A stretch of 64,000 nucleotides of DNA from Clostridia bacterium (lineage in GTDB: Bacteria > Bacillota > Clostridia > Christensenellales > UBA1242): positions 448,153 to 512,152 of the forward strand of contig JAFXZE010000005.1 in assembly GCA_017541375.1 (NCBI GenBank), in the 5' to 3' direction. Each line of letters opens with the position of its first letter. Positions within the stretch are counted from its first letter, which is position 1. The translations under genes were made by a program, and so were the position numbers. The notes below the pieces were generated by a model, which was not told where the DNA came from, searched no databases, and was given only the letters and a program-made list of their open reading frames with translations. Below are positions 34,033 to 43,639 of the stretch, piece by piece.

Positions 34033-34980
34033 TTATTCGTGCAATAACTTATTGGTTTCTCCAACAGGTAATATTGGCTTATATACATTGTCTCTCCAAT
34101 TTTGTGTGAGAATTTCACAAAAGTGGTTGAGCATAATTTGGTTTGTTTTACCGTTTTCAACAAGACCGTCAGCATCTATTGTGGTGGTGGCTAGAGCGTG
34201 ATATTGCTTACTTTGTGAGTAAACTTGATCTAAGGAAAAGAATTTATCAGTAGGTAGATTGTCTAGCTTTGGAGAGCGTAAAAAGACTATATTTTCATAT
34301 GGTCGCACTGCTTTACGAATAGGATAAAAGCTGGTATATTTCATATCTACATAGTCTCGAATAAAAGAATTTTTTAGCAGTTTTTCTGTAGATTCAGTTT
34401 TTATATCAGCAAGAGCTATAGTGGCCGTAGGAGTCAAGTCTAGTATAATGGGAACTTTTATGGTGGAAAGTAGTGTTCGTAGAATTTGGGCTTCATACTG
34501 TGTTTCATATAAATGAGCGCCCATATAACCAAATTTGTGCATAATGCTGGCTATATTTGCGTTATAACCTAAGTCTTCATAGCAGGGGAGTTTGGGGAGA
34601 ATTTTTCTAGCGAGTAGTTGTTTGTCGCACTCTGCTCGTTCTCGTTTATATTTTTCAAGATGCATGTTCATCCAAGTTTTATCATATATACCTGCAAATG
34701 GAATTTTCTGCTCCAATTCCTCTATGTATCTATCGAGCATTTGAGCTTTACAATGAATTATACTTGTTTCTTGTGGACAATGGTGAAGAGCCTCAAAAGA
34801 AATAACAGGAAGACCGGTTGTAATGCTTAACCGCTCAGCCACAGCGCTTTTACCAATGCCAGTAGGCCCTTCTATAATAATACTTTTTTTGTATATGTCA
34901 TCTTTGTCAAATTTTTCTTTTTGAGTTTGTTTTTCTTTAACAATTTCAACTTTGTAATGTTTTCTTTTGTAAAAATTCAT
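34033..34980 (-). CDS. P-loop kinase-like protein, paralogue of 35117-36181
   Basis: Walker A GPTGIGKSAVAERL. The same architecture and several blocks are shared with the divergent neighbour. RBS aaggaag. Confidence 0.75.
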   Translation of the reverse strand: MNFYKRKHYKVEIVKEKQTQKEKFDKDDIYKKSIIIEGPTGIGKSAVAERLSITTGLPVISFEALHHCPQETSIIHCKAQMLDRYIEELEQKIPFAGIYDKTWMNMHLEKYKRERAECDKQLLARKILPKLPCYEDLGYNANIASIMHKFGYMGAHLYETQYEAQILRTLLSTIKVPIILDLTPTATIALADIKTESTEKLLKNSFIRDYVDMKYTSFYPIRKAVRPYENIVFLRSPKLDNLPTDKFFSLDQVYSQSKQYHALATTTIDADGLVENGKTNQIMLNHFCEILTQNWRDNVYKPILPVGETNKLLHE

Positions 34981-35116
34981 ATTGCTCTTCCTTTTGTTTG
35001 TCCCTTGAGTATATCACAAAAAAATGGTTTTGTATACCCTAAAGTTAATTTTTATATTATAATTTATCACAAATTAAAGCGATTGTGGTATACTAATTTT
35101 TAGTTAGGAGAAAAAT

Positions 35117-36181
35117 ATGGGGATAAAAAAATCTATTTTATCAGAAAAACAAGACGATTTACAAAGACAAGAAGAGCGCGATTATGAGAAGATAAGAAAG
35201 AATCAAGAAGCATTAGAACATTCGATAGTACTAATAGGTCCGCCTGGGGTAGGGAAATCGACAATAGCGGAAAGATTGCAAAAATGTAGCAGAACTAATT
35301 TGCCTATAATAACATTGGATATTTTGCGTTTTTGCCCTGTTAGTATTAATGAAATTGATAAAGAGGAAAAAATTATTCAAAATCAACTTGATGATTTGCG
35401 TAAAGATATGCGTGAGAACATCAAAGTTTGTGGAAAAATAACTCCAGAACAAAGAGATGATGAGTGGTGTCTAAAAAACGAACTTTATGAATGTGAAATG
35501 GAAAAAATTGCGCGCAAATATTTTCCTAATGTGCAAAATTATTACCAAATGGGATATGATGTGAGTAGCAGAATACTAAATTATCCTAAAGTAAAAGAAA
35601 GAATTCCACCAATTGTTCGAAGTTTGTTGCAGGATATGTATATAAAGCAGTATGATAAAAAGCTATTGGAGCAAGTGGTAGAGCAGATTGATACTCCGTG
35701 TATAATTGATACAGGAGGCGGAATGCCGATAACTCTTGAGAAAGAATATGAAAAATGTTTATCAATACTTTATCAACCTCAAAATATGGAGATTATCAAA
35801 AATTTGACACACCAAGATCCAGATATGGTAATAAAGACATATTTTGATAGAGAACAAGTGAGGGGTGCTCCAATTCAAAACATTATGCGTAATTTTAAGA
35901 ATATCGTTTATCTAAAAATGCCAGAAAAAAATGAAATAATACGCGAAAGTAGATTAGATTTAGGATATATGTTGAGTAATATGTTTGTTTCCTCTGGGCA
36001 ATATGATGAGATTGCAACCAAGATTATAGAAACAAAGGATCTATACATAAAAAATCGTCCTTACAATACCAGAGAAATAAGGAATGGTGATATTGATGAA
36101 AATGTGGCTTCTTCGATAGCAAAAGAAATTCTAAATAGTACAAACACACCGATAAAACAAGAAGAACGCTCATTATCATAA
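35117..36181 (+). CDS. shikimate-kinase-like P-loop protein with a large insertion
   Basis: Walker A GPPGVGKSTIAERL. IIDTGGG resembles the AroK GGG motif. RBS aggag. Confidence 0.75.
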   Translation: MGIKKSILSEKQDDLQRQEERDYEKIRKNQEALEHSIVLIGPPGVGKSTIAERLQKCSRTNLPIITLDILRFCPVSINEIDKEEKIIQNQLDDLRKDMRENIKVCGKITPEQRDDEWCLKNELYECEMEKIARKYFPNVQNYYQMGYDVSSRILNYPKVKERIPPIVRSLLQDMYIKQYDKKLLEQVVEQIDTPCIIDTGGGMPITLEKEYEKCLSILYQPQNMEIIKNLTHQDPDMVIKTYFDREQVRGAPIQNIMRNFKNIVYLKMPEKNEIIRESRLDLGYMLSNMFVSSGQYDEIATKIIETKDLYIKNRPYNTREIRNGDIDENVASSIAKEILNSTNTPIKQEERSLS

Positions 36182-36289
36182 AATTATCGACAATAAAAAA
36201 TTGTCGTTTTTTAACTCGTTATTTGATAAAGTGGAGTGGATTTTCTACGTGATTTTACTTTTTAATCCAATTAATTTAAAAAAAAACTA

Positions 36290-36318
36290 TTGACAACACA
36301 ACTTTGTTGTGTTAAAAT
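36290..36318 (+). promoter_or_regulatory. sigma-A promoter whose whole spacer is a perfect palindrome
   Basis: TTGACA, then the spacer acacaac-ttt-gttgtgt (36296-36312), then TAAAAT. Confidence 0.65.
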
Positions 36319-36339
36319 TTTATGAAAAAAAATTTGTAG

Positions 36340-38103
36340 GTGGCATGGTTGATGATTAAGAATAATAACTCAGGGGCAATAATCGATGCTGACTTGGTGG
36401 GGGCGCATAGGGAATCGATTATTGAGAATGAAGGGGAAGATGTAAATATGCAAATAGAAAAAGAAAATATAGTTGACATTTTACCTGTTGGTGAAAGTGG
36501 AGTCAATTCTGATATAGTTAAAGATGACGTTGCTTTGCAAGAGGATTTTAACTTGGGTTTGGGGAAAGAGCAATATGCTGGTGTAAAGTCAAAGGATGTA
36601 AATGAAGTGATCTCTGATGGGGAAAAGGTAAATGCTAGTAATAATAGTGCTGTAGTAGCTGAAATACAACCTAAAAAACATATTGAGTTAGATCCTTACA
36701 TTCCACTAGACCTTGAAAGTGTTTGGTTTGTAAAAGTGTTGGATAAGAATGGTGATATTCAAATACATCCATGTATGTTTGGTTTTGGAGAGCAATGCAA
36801 GTCTGATGAGCAAGTTTTAAAAACGTTTATAGATTTTAGCACGGGTGATGTTTACGATTCTGCAGAACATGAACCATTTTCTGCATTAGGTAATTTCGTT
36901 TCAGCTCATCGTTGGGAAAAGTTGGACATAGAGACAATGATAGTAAAAGAGAGTATGTTTGATGGTGATAGCGATGAGGCAATAAAATATTCATCAACTA
37001 GGGATGACATGGGTAATGTAAAGCGTCAGCATCAGTATGTTATAGACATTAGTTGCGTTGTTTCTGGAAATACAGGAAAGCCTATTAAGGCAGATACAGC
37101 TAAAAAGTCGTTGGCCTCATTGCAAAAAGAAAATTACAAAAAATATTTGGGTAATGCTATACACAATATCTACAATCTAGAATTTAATAGCGAAACAAAT
37201 GTGGAAAAGGTTGTGCAATACGCGAAAGACTATACTACAAGATATAAACAAATGCATATTACCAAAATGAAAAATGTTACTCAAGCCAAAGAAGGCGAAA
37301 ATGCTATTAATGCACTAGAAAAACGAGAAGTAAATCCATTTACAAGAGTAAATTTTGATAATATATGGTTTGTTACTCATAAGAATGAAGAGGGTAAATT
37401 GATTGTTTCTCCTTGTGCGCCATTTGTACTGGATAGTGGTCAGAAAGCTTTTGTAGATTATAGCACAGGATATGTATATAAAGCGACTAGATATGTGCCA
37501 TTTGCAATGATGGAAGGGTATGTTGGAGCATATAGATGGCAGCAAATTGAGCTGATGACACTAAACATTTTGGAGCGTGAAGTTAGCAAAGATATACAGG
37601 CGGACAAATGGTTGAATGCTCCATTACTAGGTGGACATGAAATTGAGAGACCGTGGAATGAATATGCAATATCGATAACTGGTGTTGTGACTGAAAAAAA
37701 TAAACAAATGGCCTTTTTTGTAGATAGTCCATTTGATCGTAAATTTAGAGATTTTAGAGTAAAAAATTATAAAGATAGATTAGAAAAAGCGTCAGTAAAC
37801 ATATTTAAATTTGATGACCATAATGAGATGAAAGTAAAGGATGTATGTGAGTATGCAAAGGCATTTGCTGAAAGGTTGAATCCTGAAGTAAAAGAAGTGG
37901 TGCCACATATATCGACTGAAGAATTAGAAAAGCAGATTAAAAAAGATAATAAAATTCAGAAAAAACAGAATAGAAAAGCAGAGAAGTCACGAAAAGAAAA
38001 AGATGGAGATGAAGGATTATTTGCTTCTATCATAGGATTTTTTACGAATAGGAAATATAAGAAAAACAAACGAGAAATTGAGGATGCTTTAGGCAAAGAA
38101 TAA
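36340..38103 (+). CDS. hypothetical protein made of two tandem modules of about 214 aa; the start codon is uncertain
   Basis: The modules begin at about 36691 and about 37333 (W-F-V...PC...D(F/Y)STG.VY...PF...A.RW...). The C-terminus carries GFFTNRKYKKNKRE. Terminator at 38108-38137. Confidence 0.7.
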   Translation: MAWLMIKNNNSGAIIDADLVGAHRESIIENEGEDVNMQIEKENIVDILPVGESGVNSDIVKDDVALQEDFNLGLGKEQYAGVKSKDVNEVISDGEKVNASNNSAVVAEIQPKKHIELDPYIPLDLESVWFVKVLDKNGDIQIHPCMFGFGEQCKSDEQVLKTFIDFSTGDVYDSAEHEPFSALGNFVSAHRWEKLDIETMIVKESMFDGDSDEAIKYSSTRDDMGNVKRQHQYVIDISCVVSGNTGKPIKADTAKKSLASLQKENYKKYLGNAIHNIYNLEFNSETNVEKVVQYAKDYTTRYKQMHITKMKNVTQAKEGENAINALEKREVNPFTRVNFDNIWFVTHKNEEGKLIVSPCAPFVLDSGQKAFVDYSTGYVYKATRYVPFAMMEGYVGAYRWQQIELMTLNILEREVSKDIQADKWLNAPLLGGHEIERPWNEYAISITGVVTEKNKQMAFFVDSPFDRKFRDFRVKNYKDRLEKASVNIFKFDDHNEMKVKDVCEYAKAFAERLNPEVKEVVPHISTEELEKQIKKDNKIQKKQNRKAEKSRKEKDGDEGLFASIIGFFTNRKYKKNKREIEDALGKE

Positions 38104-38136
38104 AAGAGTTTATCACAGGAGTGATAAATTTTTTTG

Positions 38137-38340
38137 TTAGAATAGGGTTTGAGTAATTCCAGTGTTGGAGATAATTCTATTTTGACACTGGTAAGAATTG
38201 AGCGAAGTTATTCCAGCAAGAGCAATAAGAGCTATGAGTAATATAATAATAATATTTGAATTGGTGGCAAGATTTGTGTTTGTGGCGCCAGCAAAAATAG
38301 AAACAGCTAGAGCAGTGAGTAAAGCTATGGATACGGTCAT
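38137..38340 (-). CDS. 67-aa small membrane protein
   Basis: RBS gaggt lies 9 nt upstream. Two hydrophobic helices. Confidence 0.5.
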   Translation of the reverse strand: MTVSIALLTALAVSIFAGATNTNLATNSNIIIILLIALIALAGITSLNSYQCQNRIISNTGITQTLF

Positions 38341-38435
38341 ATTGTGTTACCTCAATATTATTTATGCTAAAAAAATTTAAATTGTGTTTGATTGACAATT
38401 AATGGACTTTTTTATAAAATAAAAAGGGAGGATTT

Positions 38436-39086
38436 ATGAATAATAATTTAGACAAAATTGTTAGAGGAATAAAAGATAAAAAATTGTTAATATTTGATTT
38501 CGATGGAACAATTGCTGACACTATTGATATTGAATATGATGTATATAAAAAGCTGTTATCTCATCTTGGGAAAAAAATGACTAAACCACAGTGGAAAAAA
38601 TTACTTGCTTCCCACACTGCAGAGGGATATTTAAATCTAACAAATGAGATGTTTGGGCTAAAAATAGGTTATGATGAATTTGTAGATATGTATGCCAATG
38701 CATGTAGAGAGGTTGAGAAGATATATCCCCCAAGGCTATTTGAGTGGGTAAAACCATTTTTTAAAAAGGTAGCTAACAAGCAAAAGATGATGCTAACCAA
38801 CAAAGATGGCAATCTCATTAGGGAAAATCTCGCCATGTTGGGAATGAATGAAGAATTTCCTTGTGTGTTGTCCTGTACCACACTACATACCACAAAAGAA
38901 GAGTGTTATCCAAATATTTTGATTCAATTTGGAGTAAAACCCAGTGAATGTGTGATTTTTGAGGATACACAACGCTATATCGATGTAGGAAAAAGTATGG
39001 AGTTTACAATGGTGGGGGTGGCGCATAAGGGCAACTATGGGCATATTAGTAACGTGGATTATTTGGTAGATACAACAAAAGAGTAG
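38436..39086 (+). CDS. HAD-superfamily hydrolase
   Basis: Motif I FDFDGTIADT. Promoter TTGACA-17-TATAAA lies upstream. Confidence 0.8.
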   Translation: MNNNLDKIVRGIKDKKLLIFDFDGTIADTIDIEYDVYKKLLSHLGKKMTKPQWKKLLASHTAEGYLNLTNEMFGLKIGYDEFVDMYANACREVEKIYPPRLFEWVKPFFKKVANKQKMMLTNKDGNLIRENLAMLGMNEEFPCVLSCTTLHTTKEECYPNILIQFGVKPSECVIFEDTQRYIDVGKSMEFTMVGVAHKGNYGHISNVDYLVDTTKE

Positions 39087-40904
39087 GTGATTATGGATTT
39101 AACAACAAAGATAAAGGAATTACCCACAAATAGTGGAGTGTATATAATGAAAAATGCGGATGGCGAAGTCATCTATGTGGGAAAGGCAAAAAATCTCAAA
39201 AACCGTGTTACGCAGTATTTTCAACAAAATAAAGCACACACCATCAAAGTAAAAAGTATGGTGAAAAATATAGCAGATTTTCATTATATTATTACTCCCA
39301 ACGAAGCGGAAGCACTAGCGCTCGAAAACAATCTGATAAAACGCTATCAGCCATATTATAACATTTTGCTAAAGGATGGAAAATCATATCCTTATATTAA
39401 AATAAACACCAAACAAGATTTTCCGCGTTTAGAAATTGTGCGTAAATTAAAGCGTGATGGTTCAAAATATTTTGGCCCGTATTTTGCAGGTGTTCGACCA
39501 ACTGAACTAATTAAGATGGTGCAAAATTCAATTCCTCTTAGAATGTGCGCTACACTTCACAAGCAAAAGCGTCCCTGCATAAACTATGATTTAGGGCTAT
39601 GTTCGGCGCCTTGTTGTGGGAATATAACCAAGCAAGAATATAACGCATTACTCGATAAGGCAATAGATTTTTTGAATGGCAAATTTAGCGATGTGCAGGC
39701 TATTTTACAGCAAAGGATGACCAAATTTGCTGATAATGAGCAATTTGAATTAGCTCTAACTGTGAGAGATCAGCTAAATATGCTCGACCATATCAAGACG
39801 AAAACACTCACTTTTTTACCCAGCCTGGATAATATAGATGCTTTCGCTTGGGCTAGTAATGGAAGTGTGGCTAGTGTGGCTGTGTTGGTTGTGCGTGGAG
39901 GGCGAAGTGTGGGGGTAGATTGTTTTCATCTAGTCGATCCAGAGCTTGATGTGGAGAGCAGTCTTACACAGTTTTTGATGCAATACTACACTATTTCAGC
40001 TCTTCCACCAGAGCAGATTTTACTTCCATTTGAACCTCCGCAAGATCTTGTGGAGTGGTTAAATATTCAACGAAAATCAACTTCATTTGGTAGAGTGAGT
40101 GGAGTGAGTGTAACATGTCCTCAAAAAAGCGACAAAAAACATCTACTCGACATTGCTAAAGAAAATGCTGAGATGTATCTAGAAAAAGCTGTAGAGCAAG
40201 AAAAGAGACAACAGGATTACACTACTGGGGCTTGTGAGAAATTGGCTACAATTTTAGGTTTAGAGAAGATAAGGCGTATGGAGTGCTATGACATATCTAA
40301 CATCGGTGGTGTATTGAGTGTTGCATCTATGGTGGTATTTTTAGATGGTAGGCCAGCGACGAGTCACTATCGCAAGTTTAGAATAAAAACTGTGGTGGGA
40401 GCTGATGACTTTGCTAGTATGAAAGAAGTGATTAGTAGAAGACTAAATCGATTAGGAAGTGATGATCCAAGTTTTGGAGTTAAGCCCGATCTAATTGTGG
40501 TGGATGGTGGAAAAGGACAATTATCTAGCGTGGTAGAGGCTATTAAAAATGCTGGGCAAAACATTGCAGTAGTGTCATTAGCCAAGCAAGAAGAAGAGGT
40601 ATTTGTTCCCAATCAATCGGCTCCAATTATCATTCCGCGAACCCATAATGCCCTAAAACTTTTGCAACGAATTCGTGATGAATCGCACCGTACAGCAATC
40701 ACGTATCATAGGAGTCTGAGAAACAAAGTGACTAGCATCTTAGAGGATATAGACGGAATCGGTGAAGTAAAACGAAAAAATTTAATCAAGCATTTTAAGT
40801 CGCTTGATGCTATAAAAGCAGCAACAATTGAAGAACTAGAACAAGTGCCTAGCATTACTCGAAAAGATGCAGAGGCGATAAAGAAATTTTTCGATGTAGA
40901 ATAA
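39087..40904 (+). CDS. uvrC: excinuclease ABC subunit C
   Basis: GIY-YIG domain (GVYIMKN...VIYVGKAKNLKNRV), UVR domain, and endonuclease plus HhH C-terminus. The start is either GTG 39087 or ATG 39093. Confidence 0.93.
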   Translation: MIMDLTTKIKELPTNSGVYIMKNADGEVIYVGKAKNLKNRVTQYFQQNKAHTIKVKSMVKNIADFHYIITPNEAEALALENNLIKRYQPYYNILLKDGKSYPYIKINTKQDFPRLEIVRKLKRDGSKYFGPYFAGVRPTELIKMVQNSIPLRMCATLHKQKRPCINYDLGLCSAPCCGNITKQEYNALLDKAIDFLNGKFSDVQAILQQRMTKFADNEQFELALTVRDQLNMLDHIKTKTLTFLPSLDNIDAFAWASNGSVASVAVLVVRGGRSVGVDCFHLVDPELDVESSLTQFLMQYYTISALPPEQILLPFEPPQDLVEWLNIQRKSTSFGRVSGVSVTCPQKSDKKHLLDIAKENAEMYLEKAVEQEKRQQDYTTGACEKLATILGLEKIRRMECYDISNIGGVLSVASMVVFLDGRPATSHYRKFRIKTVVGADDFASMKEVISRRLNRLGSDDPSFGVKPDLIVVDGGKGQLSSVVEAIKNAGQNIAVVSLAKQEEEVFVPNQSAPIIIPRTHNALKLLQRIRDESHRTAITYHRSLRNKVTSILEDIDGIGEVKRKNLIKHFKSLDAIKAATIEELEQVPSITRKDAEAIKKFFDVE

Positions 40905-40914
40905 ACTAAAAACT

Positions 40915-40947
40915 CCCTCGCATAAAATTTATGCGGGGGTGTTTTTT
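40915..40947 (+). terminator. intrinsic terminator of uvrC
   Basis: 9-bp stem ccctcgcat/atgcggggg followed by a T-run. Confidence 0.8.
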
Positions 40948-41971
40948 GTCTAAAAAAGAAAAGAGAATTTTTTCGGCATTTTTAGCTATAATAGCTCTAT
41001 TTTTGCTTATTTCTCCATATTTTATTTTGCCTAGAGTGTATGAAGGAAGCGAAAATTGGATTCATACAGCTCCGCCCAATAGCACAATTTTAGAGCTTTG
41101 GGAAGTTGATACTTTTGAGGGGGGAAGCGCTAGTCGGGCAAAGTTTTTGGAGAGAAAAGCATATTCATACCAAAAAGAAACACTCAGCACCTATATTTTG
41201 GTGCGCTCACTATCTCTATCTCAAGTCAGCATAATGCTGCGCCAAGGTGAAAAACCTGATTTAGTTAGCTTTGGAGTAGGGGCGGGAGAAGTATTGTTGC
41301 CCTTTTGTAAAGCATTTTCAGCAGTTCCTGCGATTAGGTCTGATTTGCTCCTTTGTGGACTTTTTGAAGGAGCGCAATTTGCTGTGCCGTGGTGTGTGGG
41401 AGGATATTGTTTGTGTATGGATAGTGATTTGGGAGAGATAGATGAAGATAACTTAATTAGTCTTGAAGAAAAAAGTGAAAAAGAATTGATTGGTACAGGA
41501 ATGGGATATAATGTCTCAACATATGCACTAAATGATAGTTTAAAAAAACGAGTTAGTAAAACATCATACACCCAATATGAGGCATATGAAGAGTACCTTT
41601 CACGAAATTCTTTTTTGGTTTTACTCGGCACCCAAAGAGATTTTTATCGCCTAAATAACAAGGTAGATAGAGGAGTGCTTGGACCAATAAAATATAGCTA
41701 CCTTGACGGTTATACCGACTTAGAGCAATGCTTTAGTGTGTGTTGTGATGGAGAAGCAAAGACAAAAGCGGAAGGATTTATCAATTTTGTTTGTAGTGAA
41801 ACTAACCAAGCAACATTAGTTGATATTGGAATGTTTTCTGTTTTGGATAAACCAATTTACTCCAACATCTATCAATCCTTCGAAAGCTCTATTCTCAAGA
41901 CTAAAAAAACACTCAATATCTTCACTCCTAATGTGAATTTAAAACAAATGCAAGGAAGGGAAAATGTATAA
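40931..41971 (+). CDS. hypothetical N-terminally anchored extracytoplasmic protein; the start is uncertain (TTG 40946 is possible)
   Basis: One N-terminal TM helix. The ORF overlaps the murB start. ATG 40931 lies inside the uvrC terminator stem. Confidence 0.6.
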   Translation: MRGCFLSKKEKRIFSAFLAIIALFLLISPYFILPRVYEGSENWIHTAPPNSTILELWEVDTFEGGSASRAKFLERKAYSYQKETLSTYILVRSLSLSQVSIMLRQGEKPDLVSFGVGAGEVLLPFCKAFSAVPAIRSDLLLCGLFEGAQFAVPWCVGGYCLCMDSDLGEIDEDNLISLEEKSEKELIGTGMGYNVSTYALNDSLKKRVSKTSYTQYEAYEEYLSRNSFLVLLGTQRDFYRLNNKVDRGVLGPIKYSYLDGYTDLEQCFSVCCDGEAKTKAEGFINFVCSETNQATLVDIGMFSVLDKPIYSNIYQSFESSILKTKKTLNIFTPNVNLKQMQGRENV

Positions 41972-42848
41972 TCAACTTATTAAAATTTGTCCGAATACAC
42001 TAGAAAAAGTGTCATTTAGGAGTTTGACTACATTCAAAATTGGTGGTATTGCGCGATATGTTTGTTATCCGAGTTCTGTAGATGAATTGACTAATTTGGT
42101 TATGTTTTGCAAAGAGCAAAAGATAGATACTTTTGTTTTGGGTGGGGGCTCTAATATTTTGGCTGATGACACTGGCTTTTTGGGAGTGGTGATTTGTACC
42201 AAGCGGCTGAATGAAATCGCTCTTTTGTCTCCTTGTAGAGTGAGGGCGCAAGCTGGGGCGATGATGAGTGCATTGGCTCATTTTTGTAAGACTCATGGAC
42301 TATCTGGAGCCGAAAATTTGTGTGGTATCCCTGGGACAATCGGAGGAGCTATCGTTATGAATGCGGGAGCTTTTGGTGGTGAAATAGCTAAAATTGTGGA
42401 AAGTGTAACTTATTTCGAGAACGGAAAAGTGGAGACTAAAAAAAAATCGCAACTTTTTTTCGATTATCGCAAAAGTATTTTTACAAATCGACCAAACTGT
42501 GTTATACTAAGTGTAGTGTTGCGCTTGAAAAAATCTACTCCAGAGTTTGTACAAGAAAACTTGTTACGATTTATCACCCAAAGGCAAGCTTCTCAAAATG
42601 TGGGAATGCCTAGTGCAGGGAGCATTTTCAAAAAAGTAAATCACGAGTCGGCTGCAGTATATATACAAAATTGTGGGTTAAAAGGAGCAAAACTTGGAGA
42701 TGCGATGGTATCTAATGAACATGCGGGATTTATCATAAACACGGGCAGAGCGACAAGCAAGCAGGTTTTATCGCTGATAGAAAAGATAAAACAAGAAGTC
42801 AAACTAAAATATGGGGTAGAACTTGAAGTGGAAATAGTAGTACTATAA
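41964..42848 (+). CDS. murB: UDP-N-acetylenolpyruvoylglucosamine reductase
   Basis: FAD-binding domain with GGGSNIL. C-terminal PSAGSIFK. Confidence 0.92.
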   Translation: MYNQLIKICPNTLEKVSFRSLTTFKIGGIARYVCYPSSVDELTNLVMFCKEQKIDTFVLGGGSNILADDTGFLGVVICTKRLNEIALLSPCRVRAQAGAMMSALAHFCKTHGLSGAENLCGIPGTIGGAIVMNAGAFGGEIAKIVESVTYFENGKVETKKKSQLFFDYRKSIFTNRPNCVILSVVLRLKKSTPEFVQENLLRFITQRQASQNVGMPSAGSIFKKVNHESAAVYIQNCGLKGAKLGDAMVSNEHAGFIINTGRATSKQVLSLIEKIKQEVKLKYGVELEVEIVVL

Positions 42849-42858
42849 GGAGAAAATA

Positions 42859-43587
42859 ATGAAAATATTACCCAAATGGGATTATCATGTGCATTCGGTA
42901 TTTAGTGATGGAAAGTCAACAATTGAGCAAGATATTGAGAGGGCTGTGGCTATTGGATTGGAAGAAATTGGTATAAGCGACCATTCTTTTGCTCATTGTC
43001 TTGGTGGAATAAAAAGGGGAGACATAGAGCGAGAGCGAGAAGAGATAGAGCGGCTACAAACTAGCTATCCTAATATCAAAATAAAGCTTGGGATTGAGGC
43101 AAACCTTGTGAATATGGATGGAGATATAGATTTAACGGAAGATGATATCAAGATGCTAGATTACATCATTTTGGGGATTCATAATTTCACTTTTAAAGGA
43201 AAAGTTAAAAAGGGTTTTGGTTTTAATGTGGGTAACTGGCTAAACCATTCTGCTCGCCACGCAGAAAGGATCACAGATAGTTATGCTCTAGCTTTTGAGC
43301 GCTATCCCATTTCGATAGTAGCTCATCCAAATTATGCAGCAAGGTGTAATATAGAGCGCTTGTTAGCACTATGCGAAGAACATGGTGTGATGTTTGAATT
43401 GAATCGCAAGCATCTCAAAGACATACAAGAATATGGGGATAAAATCGCCAAAAGCAAGGCAAAACTCGTGTTTAGCAGTGATGCGCATCAGTGTGAGTAT
43501 ATAGGCGAGATTAGTAACCAAATAGACTTTGTAGAAAAATTTAATATCGATAAAAGTCGAATTATGAATATAAAAATCGAAAAATGA
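42859..43587 (+). CDS. PHP-domain phosphoesterase (histidinol-phosphatase family)
   Basis: N-terminal DYHVHSVFSDG, with later conserved His and Asp residues. Confidence 0.8.
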   Translation: MKILPKWDYHVHSVFSDGKSTIEQDIERAVAIGLEEIGISDHSFAHCLGGIKRGDIEREREEIERLQTSYPNIKIKLGIEANLVNMDGDIDLTEDDIKMLDYIILGIHNFTFKGKVKKGFGFNVGNWLNHSARHAERITDSYALAFERYPISIVAHPNYAARCNIERLLALCEEHGVMFELNRKHLKDIQEYGDKIAKSKAKLVFSSDAHQCEYIGEISNQIDFVEKFNIDKSRIMNIKIEK

Positions 43588-43639
43588 CTTTTCAAAAAGG
43601 AAAAATTAAGATATAATAGATATAATTAAGGAGGAACAA

